Positions 10,306 to 20,600 of a stretch of DNA of 64,000 bases are shown in pieces. The notes beneath the pieces were generated by a model. It was given only the letters and a program-made list of their open reading frames with translations, was not told the DNA's origin and did not search any database. The stretch is taken from the NCBI GenBank assembly GCA_033763455.1, contig JANRKO010000047.1, positions 64,001 through 128,000 of the forward strand, given 5' to 3'. The position numbers and the translations under genes were made by a program. Every line of letters starts with the position of its first letter. The stretch's first letter is position 1. This DNA is from Polyangiaceae bacterium (GTDB taxonomy: Bacteria; Myxococcota_A; Polyangia; Polyangiales; Polyangiaceae).

Positions 10306-11178
10306 GTGTTTGGAATGGGTTTTTCGGAGATGTTGGTCGTCGGGACCGTGCTTCTCCTCGCCGTTGGGCCAAAGCGCTTGCCTGGGATGTTGCAGACGCT
10401 CGGCCAGTGGGTTCGCAAACTCAGGCGCATGGCTTTTGACATGCGCAACCAAAGTGGCCTGGACGATATCTTGCGTCAGGAAGGCCTAGCGGGCGGCTTC
10501 GCTGAGCTGCGTGAATTGCGAGATACGTTGAAGGGGGACATTGGGGCGATGCGACGGCAATGGGAAATGGAGCATCGCCCTGCACCTGCGGCGACTCCCG
10601 ATCCCGTAAGGCACACCCCGGGCGCCCTCCAAATCGATCCCACTCGCGAATACCCACCTGAAGGTGTGGACGCTCACGGCGCGTTGCCGGAAGACCTCGC
10701 GCACCAGGCGTACGAAGACGAAGACGTTGAGCACCACGAGGAGCGCTACGGAGGGAAAGAACCTGTGGCTAACAAAGCTACAGAAAATGAACCTGTAGCT
10801 ACCGAGCAGGCACCTCTCGCGCCCGAGCCTGTTCCCCCGCCCCCTGTCGAAGCTGCAGGTGGCGATCCGTCGCTCGCCGTTGAAGCAACAACCGCTGTTG
10901 CTGCGCCCACCCCGGCCCCCCAGCACACGGTCGGTGGCGTTCCGACGGGCTCAGCCTCAGCCTCTGCCTCGCGCCCCAGCCAACCCCCGCCGCCACCTCG
11001 CCCGAGCGCGCCACCGCGTCCAAGTGCCCCGCCGCGTCCAAGTGCTCCGCCGCGCCCGAGCGCACCAAGCCACAGCGCTCCGGCGTCTGCCGCGCCCTCC
11101 CAGGTAAAGGCCGAGCTCAACTCCGAGGCCACGGCAGCGAACACAAGTGCCTCCCCTGCGGAACCGCAAGGTGAGTAG
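10306..11178 (+). CDS. tatB: Sec-independent translocase TatB with long Pro/Ala-rich tail
   Basis: MFGMGFSEMLVV..V.LL.VGPKRLP signature; directly upstream of tatC. Confidence 0.85.
   Translation: MFGMGFSEMLVVGTVLLLAVGPKRLPGMLQTLGQWVRKLRRMAFDMRNQSGLDDILRQEGLAGGFAELRELRDTLKGDIGAMRRQWEMEHRPAPAATPDPVRHTPGALQIDPTREYPPEGVDAHGALPEDLAHQAYEDEDVEHHEERYGGKEPVANKATENEPVATEQAPLAPEPVPPPPVEAAGGDPSLAVEATTAVAAPTPAPQHTVGGVPTGSASASASRPSQPPPPPRPSAPPRPSAPPRPSAPPRPSAPSHSAPASAAPSQVKAELNSEATAANTSASPAEPQGE
10993..11064 (+). repeat. Coding tandem repeat (PPRPSA)x4, 18-bp units
   Basis: Four synonymous-variant copies read directly in tatB. Confidence 0.85.
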
Positions 11179-11230
11179 CCGTTAACTCTAGTTCAACTAC
11201 TGCGACGATTGCCGAACCCCTGAGAGAAAA

Positions 11231-12025
11231 GTGACCGAAAACCCCGAGGAACAGCACGAAGAAGGCACCATGACGATCTGGGAGCATCTCGAAGAGCTCC
11301 GGGCACGCATGGTCAAAGCGCTCCTTGCGGCCGTTTTGGGCGCGGCACTGGGTTGGTACTTCCGGGGTCAGCTCCTCCACTTTTTACTGGCGCCCCTGCT
11401 CGAAAGCTGGCCCGCGAAACTTGGTCCTGCCACGATAAACGCCAGGACGCTTCCGGAAGGTTTTTTGATAAGCCTCAAGGTCGCTATTTTGGGCGGCTTC
11501 ATCATGGCCTTTCCGCTGATAGCCTATCAACTCTGGGCCTTCGTGGCGCCCGGGCTCTACAAGAAGGAAAAGCGCTACACGCTTCTATTTGTGGCGAGCT
11601 CGTGTGGGCTCTTTGCCGTTGGAAGCTATTTCTCGTGGCGTTTCGCGATCCCCGCGGGCTTTCAATACATGCTCACGTATCTCGGCCCAGACACCATACC
11701 CGGCGTACCGTTCGTGCCCACTTTCACGATTTCGGACTACGTGAACTTCGTCACCAAGCTCTTGATGGCGTTCGGCGTGATCTTCGAATTGCCGGTCGTG
11801 GTGCTTTTCCTTTCCGTAGCCGGGCTCATCAATCACACGCACCTAATCAAGTTCTTCCGCTATTTCGTCGTGATAGCGTTCGTGATTTCGGCCATCCTCA
11901 CGCCGCCGGATCCCATCAGCCAGTTGCTTATGGCACTGCCGCTTGTCGGGCTCTACGGATTTTCGATTGGTGTGGCCTACGTGTTCGGGCGCAAAAAAGA
12001 CGATACGGCAGACAGCAAAACGTGA
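11231..12025 (+). CDS. tatC: Sec-independent translocase TatC
   Basis: EHLEELRAR, QLWAFVAPGLY..EKR, FELP, AILTPPD. Confidence 0.95.
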   Translation: MTENPEEQHEEGTMTIWEHLEELRARMVKALLAAVLGAALGWYFRGQLLHFLLAPLLESWPAKLGPATINARTLPEGFLISLKVAILGGFIMAFPLIAYQLWAFVAPGLYKKEKRYTLLFVASSCGLFAVGSYFSWRFAIPAGFQYMLTYLGPDTIPGVPFVPTFTISDYVNFVTKLLMAFGVIFELPVVVLFLSVAGLINHTHLIKFFRYFVVIAFVISAILTPPDPISQLLMALPLVGLYGFSIGVAYVFGRKKDDTADSKT

Positions 12026-12273
12026 GCTGCCAAACCCCGGGGCTGAAAAGCGGAACCTGGCCCTAGGCAAGAAACCAACGTCGTACGCGAGGGAGCGCCA
12101 AACCGCTGACGCTCGCCTTCATGGTTCTCGAATTGGGGCGTCGAAACCTCGACTCGCAGCGCCAAATCACCAACGTATTTGGGCCACCGGGCCCGATCCT
12201 TGGCGCCGTGAACACAGCGTCGCCTCAACGCTCCTTGGCCTTAAGCCCGCTCGTTCGAGGTCGTTTTCATGGG

Positions 12274-12288
12274 GGCACGCTCTTTGCT
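12274..12288 (+). promoter_or_regulatory. Putative sigma54 (-24/-12) promoter
   Basis: GGCACGCTCTTTGCT = GG-N10-GC matching the TGGCACG-N4-TTGCW consensus, about 20 bp upstream of ATG 12307. Confidence 0.6.
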
Positions 12289-12306
12289 TAAGCGCGAGCC
12301 AACCCT

Positions 12307-14436
12307 ATGCCCTCCCTCCCCAGCCTTCCTATTCTGTTCGTCGATGATGAAGCTCCTGTGCGCCGTGCCTTTGAACGTACGATGCGCCAACGCGGCTTCA
12401 AGGTAACTACGGCGGCGAGTGGCCCCGAGGCGCTGCGGGCGGTGCAGCTCCAGCAGTACCCGGTAGTGGTTACCGATCTCCGGATGCCGGGGCTCGACGG
12501 CATCGCGCTCATTGAACGCATCGTATCTATCTATCCGGATACTTCGTTCGTAGTGGTCACGGGCATGCCTGAGGTGGATCTGCGACGTGATCACGGCACG
12601 CACCACGGAATCACCGCCATAGTGCCCAAGCCGTGGAACGATGATGAACTCGCGAGCATTGTGGAGCGCGCCTACGAGCTCCAACGGCAGCGAGCCGAAT
12701 CTGCAGCACTCGATGCGGACGTATACCGCGTATTGCTCGTGGAGAACGCCGCCGAACAGGATTCCTCCGTAGCCGATTGCCTGCGCAGCGCCTTCGACAA
12801 ACGCCTCAAGCTCACCTTTGCGCAGAGCGTGCGAGAAGCCATTGCCAAACTCCACGATTCAGAGGTGGACATCATTCTTACAGATCTTGGCCTTCCTGAC
12901 GCCGGCGGGCTCGACTGCGTCCGCGCCCTGCACCCAGCCTCCCAGGAAGCGGCCATCATTGTGCTCAGCGACATTCACGACGAAGCGCTTTCTTTGGAAG
13001 CTATCCGCGTAGGTGCTCAGGAATACATCGCCAAGCCAGATCTCCACGCTCGCCACCTTCGTCAGCTCATTCGCTTCGCCGTCGAGCGCAAGAAGGCCGA
13101 GCAGCGCCTGGCCCACCGGGCCAACTATGATCAACTCACCGGCCTGGCCAACCGCTCCACGCTGCGCCGAAAGCTCGTTCAATCGCTCGCCCGAGCCACA
13201 CGAAGCAACGAGAAGCTGGCGGTAATGTTTCTCGATCTCGATCACTTCAAGGCCATCAACGATGCATACGGGCATGAAGGTGGAGATCGCCTGCTGCGCG
13301 AAGTCAGCGACCGTTTACTGGCAGCCGTGCGTGAATACGACACCGTTGCCAGGCTTTCTGGCGATGAATTTGCCATCTTGGTGGAGGGCCTGGAAAGCGC
13401 GGAGATCCCCGAAGCCCTAGCGCGCCGCATCGTGGCCTCACTCTCTCGCCCTATAACCCTAGATGGCGCAGAGCTTTGCGTCACATCCAGCATCGGAATT
13501 GCAAGTTACCCAGGTGCCGCCGAAACAGCGGACGAATTGCTCAAGGCCGCCGACTTTGCCATGTACCTTGCCAAGGAGCGAGGGCGAAACACCTACGTTC
13601 GGATGCAGGAGCCTCACGACGCTCAGGCAAAAAAAGCCCTAAGCCTTGCCGCACAGCTGCGCGTTGCCAAACAAGCCGATCAATTCTGCCTATTTTATCA
13701 GCCACAGGTAGCTCTGCCTTCGCTTGAAGTCGTGGGCCTGGAAGCGCTCTTGCGCTGGCGGCGTGATGATGGCGTGTTGGTTTCCCCTGCTGAATTTGTG
13801 CCGGTCCTCGAAGACAGCGGCCTCATTCTTGAAGCGGGTGCGTGGGTACTGCATGAAGCTTGCCGCAAGCTCGGCGAATTGCGCGAAGAAGGCCACCTAC
13901 ACCTTCGCATGGCCGTGAACCTATCGGCAAAACAATTCGAAGCTCAGGGCCTGGTGGATACGGTAAAAAGTGCCATGAAGGCTCACCGCGTTCCGCCGGG
14001 TTGTTTGGAGCTCGAAATCACCGAATCTCTCCTGATGCGAGACACCGAACGCACCAATTCAACGTTGGCGGAGCTCAAACGCCTCGGCGTTCGCATCGCG
14101 ATTGATGACTTTGGCACGGGCTATTCGTCACTCGCCTATCTGGATCGCTTCGACGTAGACGTGCTCAAGATCGATCAGTCTTTCATTCGAGCGATTTCTC
14201 GCGACAATCAACGAGAAGCTGTGGCTGGAGCCATCGTAGGCCTCGGCCACCAGTTGGGGTTGGAGGTAGTCGCAGAAGGCGTCGAATCCGACTCCCAAAT
14301 GCACTACATGATCGCGCAAGGCTGCAACATGGCTCAGGGCTACCTGTTCGGGCGCCCTGAAGAGCACTGGTCACCGCCGGCGCGGTCCTCGGTTCTCTTG
14401 GTCTCGCCGGGTGCCTCCCTGTCCTTGGCCGTTTGA
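12307..14436 (+). CDS. REC-REC-GGDEF-EAL c-di-GMP signalling protein
   Basis: Two receiver domains (TDLRMP, TDLGLP), DLDHFK.IND..GH..GD, SGDEF, EALLRW, DDFGTGYSS. Confidence 0.92.
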   Translation: MPSLPSLPILFVDDEAPVRRAFERTMRQRGFKVTTAASGPEALRAVQLQQYPVVVTDLRMPGLDGIALIERIVSIYPDTSFVVVTGMPEVDLRRDHGTHHGITAIVPKPWNDDELASIVERAYELQRQRAESAALDADVYRVLLVENAAEQDSSVADCLRSAFDKRLKLTFAQSVREAIAKLHDSEVDIILTDLGLPDAGGLDCVRALHPASQEAAIIVLSDIHDEALSLEAIRVGAQEYIAKPDLHARHLRQLIRFAVERKKAEQRLAHRANYDQLTGLANRSTLRRKLVQSLARATRSNEKLAVMFLDLDHFKAINDAYGHEGGDRLLREVSDRLLAAVREYDTVARLSGDEFAILVEGLESAEIPEALARRIVASLSRPITLDGAELCVTSSIGIASYPGAAETADELLKAADFAMYLAKERGRNTYVRMQEPHDAQAKKALSLAAQLRVAKQADQFCLFYQPQVALPSLEVVGLEALLRWRRDDGVLVSPAEFVPVLEDSGLILEAGAWVLHEACRKLGELREEGHLHLRMAVNLSAKQFEAQGLVDTVKSAMKAHRVPPGCLELEITESLLMRDTERTNSTLAELKRLGVRIAIDDFGTGYSSLAYLDRFDVDVLKIDQSFIRAISRDNQREAVAGAIVGLGHQLGLEVVAEGVESDSQMHYMIAQGCNMAQGYLFGRPEEHWSPPARSSVLLVSPGASLSLAV

Positions 14437-16035
14437 GGCCGGACGAGCGCCCCCGCCTGCCGGGCGCGGGCCTGCGCCAAAGCCGCCTGCTGGACGCGAC
14501 GCGGAGCCAAAGCCGCCTGATGGTGCTGTGCGGTAGCCGCCACCGCTAGATCCGCGTCGCTGGTTGCCTTGCGCGCGCTGCCGATGGCCTCCGCCACCTC
14601 CACCACCGCCGCCACCTCCGCTCACAGCGGCACTCTTCACGAACGCACCCGGGCTTCCACCGGCCACCGGGATCTTCTTCTGCGTCAGCTTTTCTATCGC
14701 TGCCAGGCAACCGAGCTCCGTGTTGTCACAAAAGGCGATCGCCTTGCCTTGCCCACCGGCACGAGCGGTACGCCCAATGCGGTGCACATAGCTCTCGGGC
14801 ACGTTGGGCAGATCGTAATTGATCACCAAAGATACGCCTTGAACATCAATTCCACGTGCCGCGATATCGGTGGCCACGAGCACCAAGTTGGAACCGTCGC
14901 GAAATTCATTGAGAGCTTTCACACGCGCACCTTGGGATTTGTTGCCGTGAATCGCAGAAGCTTGAATGCCCGCTTTGGTAAGCTGCGTCGCGATGCGGTT
15001 GGCACCGTGTTTGGTTCTCGAAAAAATCAGCGTTCTGCCAGGAACCTCGGATTTTAAAACCGTCTCCAGCAAGGTGCGTTTCTCGGCCTGGGACGCAAAA
15101 TACACAGACTCCGAAATCCCGGTGGCGGTGGTGCCCTGAGGCGCCACCGATACGCGAACTGGGTTACGCAAAAAGCGCTGGGCGAGCTCCACAATGGGCG
15201 CCGGCAGGGTCGCAGAAAATAGCAGCGTTTGCCGTGATTCCGGCACTTCGGCAAGAATACGTCGCACGTCATGAATGAAGCCCATGTCCAGCATGGTATC
15301 CGCTTCGTCCAACACCAAGATTTCCACGTTTCGTAGAGACACCACACGCTGCCCCATCAAATCGAGCAAGCGACCAGGCGTTGCAATCAACACATCCGGG
15401 CGCCGCGCCAGCTGCTCCTCCTGACGCTTCTGGCTAACACCTCCGTAAACAACTGTGTTGCTAAGCTTGAGGTTCCTGCCGTAGCCATCCGTGCGCTCCG
15501 CGATCTGGATCGCAAGCTCCCGGGTGGGAGTTACCACCAAGGCACGGATCATTCCGCGCGGTGCGCCCAGGCGCTGCAGCAGTGGCAGCGTGAAAGCTGC
15601 CGTTTTGCCTGTGCCCGTCTGAGCTGAACCCAACAAATCTTTGCCTTCCAAAATCGTAGGGATGCAATCACGCTGAATGGGCGTTGGCGTGGAGTACCCT
15701 TCTTCACCGAGCGCTGAAACGAGTTGTGCACATAGGCCTAACTCGGCGAAGGCGCTTGCGTCAGCTTGGAGCGCCGGGCGCCTGGAGGGAGGCGCTGATA
15801 CGGGTGCCGTGGGTCGGGAATTCTGTTGAGACCGTTGGTCCCTCTGTGGCGGACGCCCTCTTTGCCCTCTGGCCTCTGGGCGTACTTCCGGCCGTTGAAA
15901 TGGCGTCGCGGCGCGAGGAGTTTGGCTGCGTTGGGGGGGAGCCGTGAAGGGGGCTTCGACCCTGGCGCTCCTCGGTTCTCGGTCTTTTTGCCGTTCCGGC
16001 TGGGATCCTGGATGATTCTTGGGCAAAACGGTCAT
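14371..16035 (-). CDS. rhlE: DEAD-box RNA helicase RhlE-like
   Basis: AQTGTGKT, PTRELA, DEAD, SAT, IHGNKSQ.AR, HRIGRTARAG, Gly/Arg-rich tail; overlaps the convergent GGDEF gene by 66 bp. Confidence 0.9.
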   Translation of the reverse strand: MTVLPKNHPGSQPERQKDREPRSARVEAPFTAPPQRSQTPRAATPFQRPEVRPEARGQRGRPPQRDQRSQQNSRPTAPVSAPPSRRPALQADASAFAELGLCAQLVSALGEEGYSTPTPIQRDCIPTILEGKDLLGSAQTGTGKTAAFTLPLLQRLGAPRGMIRALVVTPTRELAIQIAERTDGYGRNLKLSNTVVYGGVSQKRQEEQLARRPDVLIATPGRLLDLMGQRVVSLRNVEILVLDEADTMLDMGFIHDVRRILAEVPESRQTLLFSATLPAPIVELAQRFLRNPVRVSVAPQGTTATGISESVYFASQAEKRTLLETVLKSEVPGRTLIFSRTKHGANRIATQLTKAGIQASAIHGNKSQGARVKALNEFRDGSNLVLVATDIAARGIDVQGVSLVINYDLPNVPESYVHRIGRTARAGGQGKAIAFCDNTELGCLAAIEKLTQKKIPVAGGSPGAFVKSAAVSGGGGGGGGGGGHRQRAQGNQRRGSSGGGYRTAPSGGFGSASRPAGGFGAGPRPAGGGARPASNGQGQGGTRRDQENRGPRRR

Positions 16036-16050
16036 TTCAAGCGGCTCATT

Positions 16051-16479
16051 CTAACCTTCGCGGGCATACGGTTCATTGTTGTTGATGCTCATAGCGCGAT
16101 ACAGCTGCTCCAACAAAACAATTCTTGCCAGGCGATGCGGAAGCGTTAACTGAGAAAGACTAAGTTGAAAATCCGCTCGGGCGCTAAGCGCCTTGGGGAT
16201 CCCTTCGGCTCCCCCAATTATGAACGCGATCACCCCTTTTCCGCGCGTACTCCAATGGGCGACGTACCGCGCCAAATCGAGACTTGTCGGCGATTTCCCC
16301 AGGACTTCCAGCGCCACCACCCAAGCCCCATCGGGAATAGCTCGCTCCAGCTTGTCCGCTGACCCCACTTCTTTTTCTTCCACGGGGCAATAGTGCGCGA
16401 GGCGCCCGAGATAGTCGTCACGCAACGCACGGTAGGCGGCTTCCTTCAGCTTGCCCTCGGCCACCACAACGATCTTCAT
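16051..16479 (-). CDS. rlmH: 23S rRNA (pseudouridine1915-N3)-methyltransferase
   Basis: FIIGGAEG, LSLS.LTLPHRLAR..LLEQLYRA..I....PY. Confidence 0.93.
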   Translation of the reverse strand: MKIVVVAEGKLKEAAYRALRDDYLGRLAHYCPVEEKEVGSADKLERAIPDGAWVVALEVLGKSPTSLDLARYVAHWSTRGKGVIAFIIGGAEGIPKALSARADFQLSLSQLTLPHRLARIVLLEQLYRAMSINNNEPYAREG

Positions 16480-16552
16480 CGAACCGCGCTTAAGTCAAAA
16501 CTTCAAAACTGGCTTTTTTTTCGAGCATTTTGCGCGGAAAAACGCGAGACTT

Positions 16553-16999
16553 TCAGCGTTTTTGGCCTGAACTGGGAACGGGCTCGGCTTCGGGAACGGG
16601 CACTCGCCGTGCGTCCATCCAGAGGCCACCAAGGTCGTACAGAGCGCGTTCTTCGTCGAGGAACACGTGAACCACTACATCCACAAAATCGAGCAGCACC
16701 CAGTGCGCCTTGGGCAAACCCTCCACGGAAATCGGATGGGTACCGCTCTTGGAAAGGCGCTGGTCGACCTCGCCGGCAATGGCCGATACCTGTCGATCAC
16801 TCATGCCCGTCATGATCACCAAAAAGTCTGCGTAATCGACCTTGCCCGTCACATCGATAATCTCGATGTCGATGGCCTGTTTCTCAAGGCCTGCTTCGGC
16901 GGCGAGTAACGCTAGGCGGCGTGACTCATCACTGGCGGCCTGCCGTGGCATGCCTTTACGCACAACGGTGTCTTTGCGAACTGGCGCTTTGATCTTCAT
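16553..16999 (-). CDS. rsfS: Ribosome silencing factor RsfS (Iojap)
   Basis: D.LVI.TG.S.RQV.AI, EG.....WVLLDF.DVVVHVF....R..YDL..LW. Confidence 0.93.
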   Translation of the reverse strand: MKIKAPVRKDTVVRKGMPRQAASDESRRLALLAAEAGLEKQAIDIEIIDVTGKVDYADFLVIMTGMSDRQVSAIAGEVDQRLSKSGTHPISVEGLPKAHWVLLDFVDVVVHVFLDEERALYDLGGLWMDARRVPVPEAEPVPSSGQKR

Positions 17000-17002
17000 A
17001 AA

Positions 17003-18250
17003 TTATGCTCGAACCTGGCCTTGCCCGTAGACAACCCATTTCTCCGCAGTCAGGCTCAAAAGGCCCATGGGGCCATAAGCATGGAGCTTAGAAGTGCTGA
17101 TACCTATCTCCGCACCCAGCCCCAACTGACCACCGTCATTAAAGCGAGTGGACGCGTTCACCAGCACACAGCTCGCATCCACCTCGTTCACCCAACGTTC
17201 TGCGTTGGAGTAATTTTCGGTACAAATACTCTCAGTGTGGTTCGAACCGTAACGGGCAATGTGCGCGAGGGCCTCGTCCAAATCATGCACCACGCGCACC
17301 GCCAAGATCTTGGCCAAAAATTCGGCGCCGAAATCACTCTCACTAACGGGCGTGGCCCAAGGCAGAAGGGCACGCGTTTTCTCGCACCCGCGAACTTCAA
17401 CGCCCGCTTCTCGCAGGGCAGTGCCAAGAACGGGCAACAGATCGCTCGCTGCCTTTTCATGCACGAGCAAGCACTCAAGAGCGTTACACACACCTGGCCG
17501 CTGCGCCTTGGAGTTAATAACGAGCGGCACGGCCTTCTTGACGTCCGCGCTCTCATCCAAAAACATATGGCAGATGCCCTGATAGTGCTTCACCACGGGC
17601 ACCCGAGCGTTCTCGGCCACGAAGCGAATCAAGCCTTCTCCGCCCCGTGGGATTGCCAGATCCACCAGATCATGCAGGGAAAGGAGCTCTTTCATCCCTT
17701 CGCGATCGGTGGCGGGAATAATCTGCACAACATCCCCGGGAATGCCACATTCAGTCAACGCTTCTGCAATGAGCCGCCCCAACAACTGATTGGTTTCCTC
17801 GGCCTCTTTGCCGCCTCGCAAGAGGACCGCGTTGCCAGATTTAATGCAAAGCGCCGCTGCATCCACCGTAACATTGGGGCGAGCTTCGTATATCATGGCA
17901 ATAACGCCCAGTGGCAAGCGCTGCTGGCCCACAAGCAAGCCGTTATCCAAGCGCCGCGCTTCACTCCTTGAGCCAACCGGATCAGGCAATGAAACGATGT
18001 AATCCACGCCTTTGGCGGTAGCCTCAATTTGGCTCGGCCCCAAGGTGAGGCGATCGAGCATAGGTTCGCTCAAGCCGTTGGCGCGCGCCCGCTCGAGATC
18101 TTTCAGGTTCGTGGCCGTTATGGTTGCCACGTTGGCGCGCAACTTGGCCGCAATCGCCGCGAGTGCCTGATCTTTGGGCAGACGCCTAAGCGGGGCAAGC
18201 GTTCTTTGGGCAAGGCGAGCGAGCTCTGCCTGCTTTCGAACCGAGCTCAT
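17003..18250 (-). CDS. proA: Gamma-glutamyl phosphate reductase
   Basis: PLGVI..IYEARPNVT, RPGVCNA, VNASTRFNDG..LGLGAEIGIST.KLHA.GPMGL. Confidence 0.96.
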   Translation of the reverse strand: MSSVRKQAELARLAQRTLAPLRRLPKDQALAAIAAKLRANVATITATNLKDLERARANGLSEPMLDRLTLGPSQIEATAKGVDYIVSLPDPVGSRSEARRLDNGLLVGQQRLPLGVIAMIYEARPNVTVDAAALCIKSGNAVLLRGGKEAEETNQLLGRLIAEALTECGIPGDVVQIIPATDREGMKELLSLHDLVDLAIPRGGEGLIRFVAENARVPVVKHYQGICHMFLDESADVKKAVPLVINSKAQRPGVCNALECLLVHEKAASDLLPVLGTALREAGVEVRGCEKTRALLPWATPVSESDFGAEFLAKILAVRVVHDLDEALAHIARYGSNHTESICTENYSNAERWVNEVDASCVLVNASTRFNDGGQLGLGAEIGISTSKLHAYGPMGLLSLTAEKWVVYGQGQVRA

Positions 18251-18303
18251 GAGCGTGAGGCTCCCGACGGGGTGTGCGACATGGGCACTAGCCTTTAGTG
18301 TAG

Positions 18304-18612
18304 CTATGGGGAGGGCGCAACGACTGGATTTTCCGGGGGCTCCGCGCTTGGCCCGGGTGTTGGTGCAGGGCCGCTCCCTGCCGCGCCTCCCGCTGGCCCG
18401 TCGGGAATGACCGCATCGTTGAGGTTTTGAAGCGGATCGGACGGCTGTGTAGCCGCTACGGGTGCCAACCGCGGGCGGATATATTCTGGAGGCGGGCCAC
18501 TCGGGCGCGCCGGACGCTCACATTGAGACGCAAGCAGCAGCAAGCTTGCTCCGATGAGCCCTACCGCCGCAGGGTGCCAGTTATTCGTCAGGAACAAGTA
18601 CGAACTCCGCAT
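18304..18612 (-). CDS. Hypothetical Pro-rich exported protein (possible lipoprotein)
   Basis: Hydrophobic segment ending LLASQC; in line with flanking minus-strand genes. Confidence 0.5.
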   Translation of the reverse strand: MRSSYLFLTNNWHPAAVGLIGASLLLLASQCERPARPSGPPPEYIRPRLAPVAATQPSDPLQNLNDAVIPDGPAGGAAGSGPAPTPGPSAEPPENPVVAPSP

Positions 18613-18630
18613 TATCAGGCCGGTTTGAGC

Positions 18631-19551
18631 TTAAGCCACCCAGCGTTCGGCGTCGACAGCTTGGAGCGTCTGCACCAGATCGAACTTGTGGCGATAGCCC
18701 AGCGTCTCGCGCGCTAGTTGATCGTCCACCATGCAAACGTAGCGGATAAAATCTAGCTCTGGCGCCGGGAAATTGCTCATTTTCGCCTTAAATAGGCCAT
18801 CGATGGTCACTTTCGCCAGGCCGTGCGGAACGCCCACTGTGGCCCGCTTCAGGAGCTTAAGCGCCTGAGCCAGCGGTACGGGGGGCGGCCCCGCGATGTT
18901 GAAAGCGCCACGGATGCCAGGCTTGAGCGCCAACACCAACGCCTGCACCACATCTTGTTGGTGGACCACCTGCACCATCGGATCAAAGCCTAAAATAGTG
19001 GGGACCATGGGCAGCCGCAGGTAATTGCTCGGCGCGTTGTGCACCGTCCCTAGAACATGAGTGGGGCGCAGAATGACAGTTTCGAGATCCGCGTGTTGCC
19101 ACATGAAAGACTGCACCAGCATGTCCACTTCCACGAGGTCCCGAATGTCGCTGAAGGGGCCAGCCGCTAGCAGCGGGGCCGTTTCCTTCAAGAATTGAGG
19201 ATTGTCGGGCCTCGGCCCGTACACGTTGGCACTCGAAAGAAGAACCACCTTAGCCAGGCCGCCCTCGCGCGCGCCCTCGAGCAAGCTCTGCACGGCAACC
19301 ACATTTCGGCGGTGTCGCTCAGCGTCAGGCTTGTGGGTGTTATGAGAAACCCCAAGATGTACCAGCGCCTGTACGTCTCCAGCTTTGAATAGCTCCCGCA
19401 CTCGGTGGCTGGTTAGCGGCACCTGATGAAAAATGACGTCTTCGGGCTTGCCCACGAAGGGCCGCTCGTCCACGCCCACCACTGTGAGCATTCGGTGCAA
19501 TTGTTGCACTAGGCGTCGACCGAGGCGCCCACAGGCTCCGGTGACAATCAC
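18631..19551 (-). CDS. NAD-dependent epimerase/dehydratase (SDR)
   Basis: VTGACGRLG Rossmann motif, LSSANVYG. Confidence 0.85.
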   Translation of the reverse strand: MIVTGACGRLGRRLVQQLHRMLTVVGVDERPFVGKPEDVIFHQVPLTSHRVRELFKAGDVQALVHLGVSHNTHKPDAERHRRNVVAVQSLLEGAREGGLAKVVLLSSANVYGPRPDNPQFLKETAPLLAAGPFSDIRDLVEVDMLVQSFMWQHADLETVILRPTHVLGTVHNAPSNYLRLPMVPTILGFDPMVQVVHQQDVVQALVLALKPGIRGAFNIAGPPPVPLAQALKLLKRATVGVPHGLAKVTIDGLFKAKMSNFPAPELDFIRYVCMVDDQLARETLGYRHKFDLVQTLQAVDAERWVA

Positions 19552-19571
19552 CTTCGAGAAAGGTGCGGGCG

Positions 19572-20498
19572 TCAGCGAAATACCCCTTTTCGTTCACTCA
19601 GAGCTCCGTTCAATAGATTCTGGATCTCCTCGCGCACCAACCACACTTTGTGGTCCAGCGAGGCCGAATCATCGGAGGCGCTCTCGGTGAAGTACATCGG
19701 CTCACCAAACCGAATGTGGTACTTCGTGGGCAACGGAAGCTGGCCTCCGGGCACGAACATCTGGGGGATAACCGGCAAAGATTCCAACCCAAATGCCTTG
19801 GCCGCCCACTTGATGTTGCCAAGGTTTACGTATTGCTCTTCGGCACCCACAATCGCCACCGGTACAATGGGCGTATTAGTTTCGAGCGCTAACCGCATGA
19901 AGCCGCGGGAAAAATCCTGCATCTGGTAACGCTCGCTGAAGGGCTTGTTGATCCCACGCATACCTTCGGGGAAAACGAGCACCGTTTCGTCCATTTGCAG
20001 CAAGCGGCGAGCATTCTCCGGCAACCCCGGCACCTGCCCCACTCGGCTATAAAGTGTCGAAATGAACGGCAATCCGAAGGCCCACTTGTCGACCATCGCG
20101 CGCGTCACCCGCGGGGGCTCAGCGTCCAAAAAGAGCGCGGCTGCCAGCACCGTGGCATCCCACGGCAGTTGCCCCGAATGATTGCCCACAATGAGCACTC
20201 GGCCTTTGGGCAACCCTTCAATGCCTTGGCATTCAGTTCTGAAATAGAAGCGATGAAAAAACGCCGCCAGCTTAACAACTCTGGCCGCAACCTCTGGATC
20301 CAAACCAAATGGGTCACCGCCTGCCGAAGCGTAGCGTTCCCGCAGCATGGCCACACGGCGATCGAAATCATGCCCCAGGAGGCGCACGCTCACCTCTCGG
20401 CGCGAACGCTCCACGAAAGCCAACGCCTGACCAGCGAGGGGTAACAGGCGCGTCTCGGCGACCTGGGTGAGGCGGGCAAGGGCGGTGAAAGCGTTCAT
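19572..20498 (-). CDS. Lysophospholipid/glycerol acyltransferase
   Basis: NHSGQLPWD (HxxxxD-type), VFPEG, GFMRLAL..PIVPV. Confidence 0.88.
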   Translation of the reverse strand: MNAFTALARLTQVAETRLLPLAGQALAFVERSRREVSVRLLGHDFDRRVAMLRERYASAGGDPFGLDPEVAARVVKLAAFFHRFYFRTECQGIEGLPKGRVLIVGNHSGQLPWDATVLAAALFLDAEPPRVTRAMVDKWAFGLPFISTLYSRVGQVPGLPENARRLLQMDETVLVFPEGMRGINKPFSERYQMQDFSRGFMRLALETNTPIVPVAIVGAEEQYVNLGNIKWAAKAFGLESLPVIPQMFVPGGQLPLPTKYHIRFGEPMYFTESASDDSASLDHKVWLVREEIQNLLNGALSERKGVFR

Positions 20499-20600
20499 GT
20501 CGTCGAATGCGGCTGGGGCCCGGTGGGATCCCAGGGGCGGAGGTTGCGACAGAGGGGGCGGGTTGGCAACTTGCGAGTCCCGTGGCAAAGCCCTCGATCG

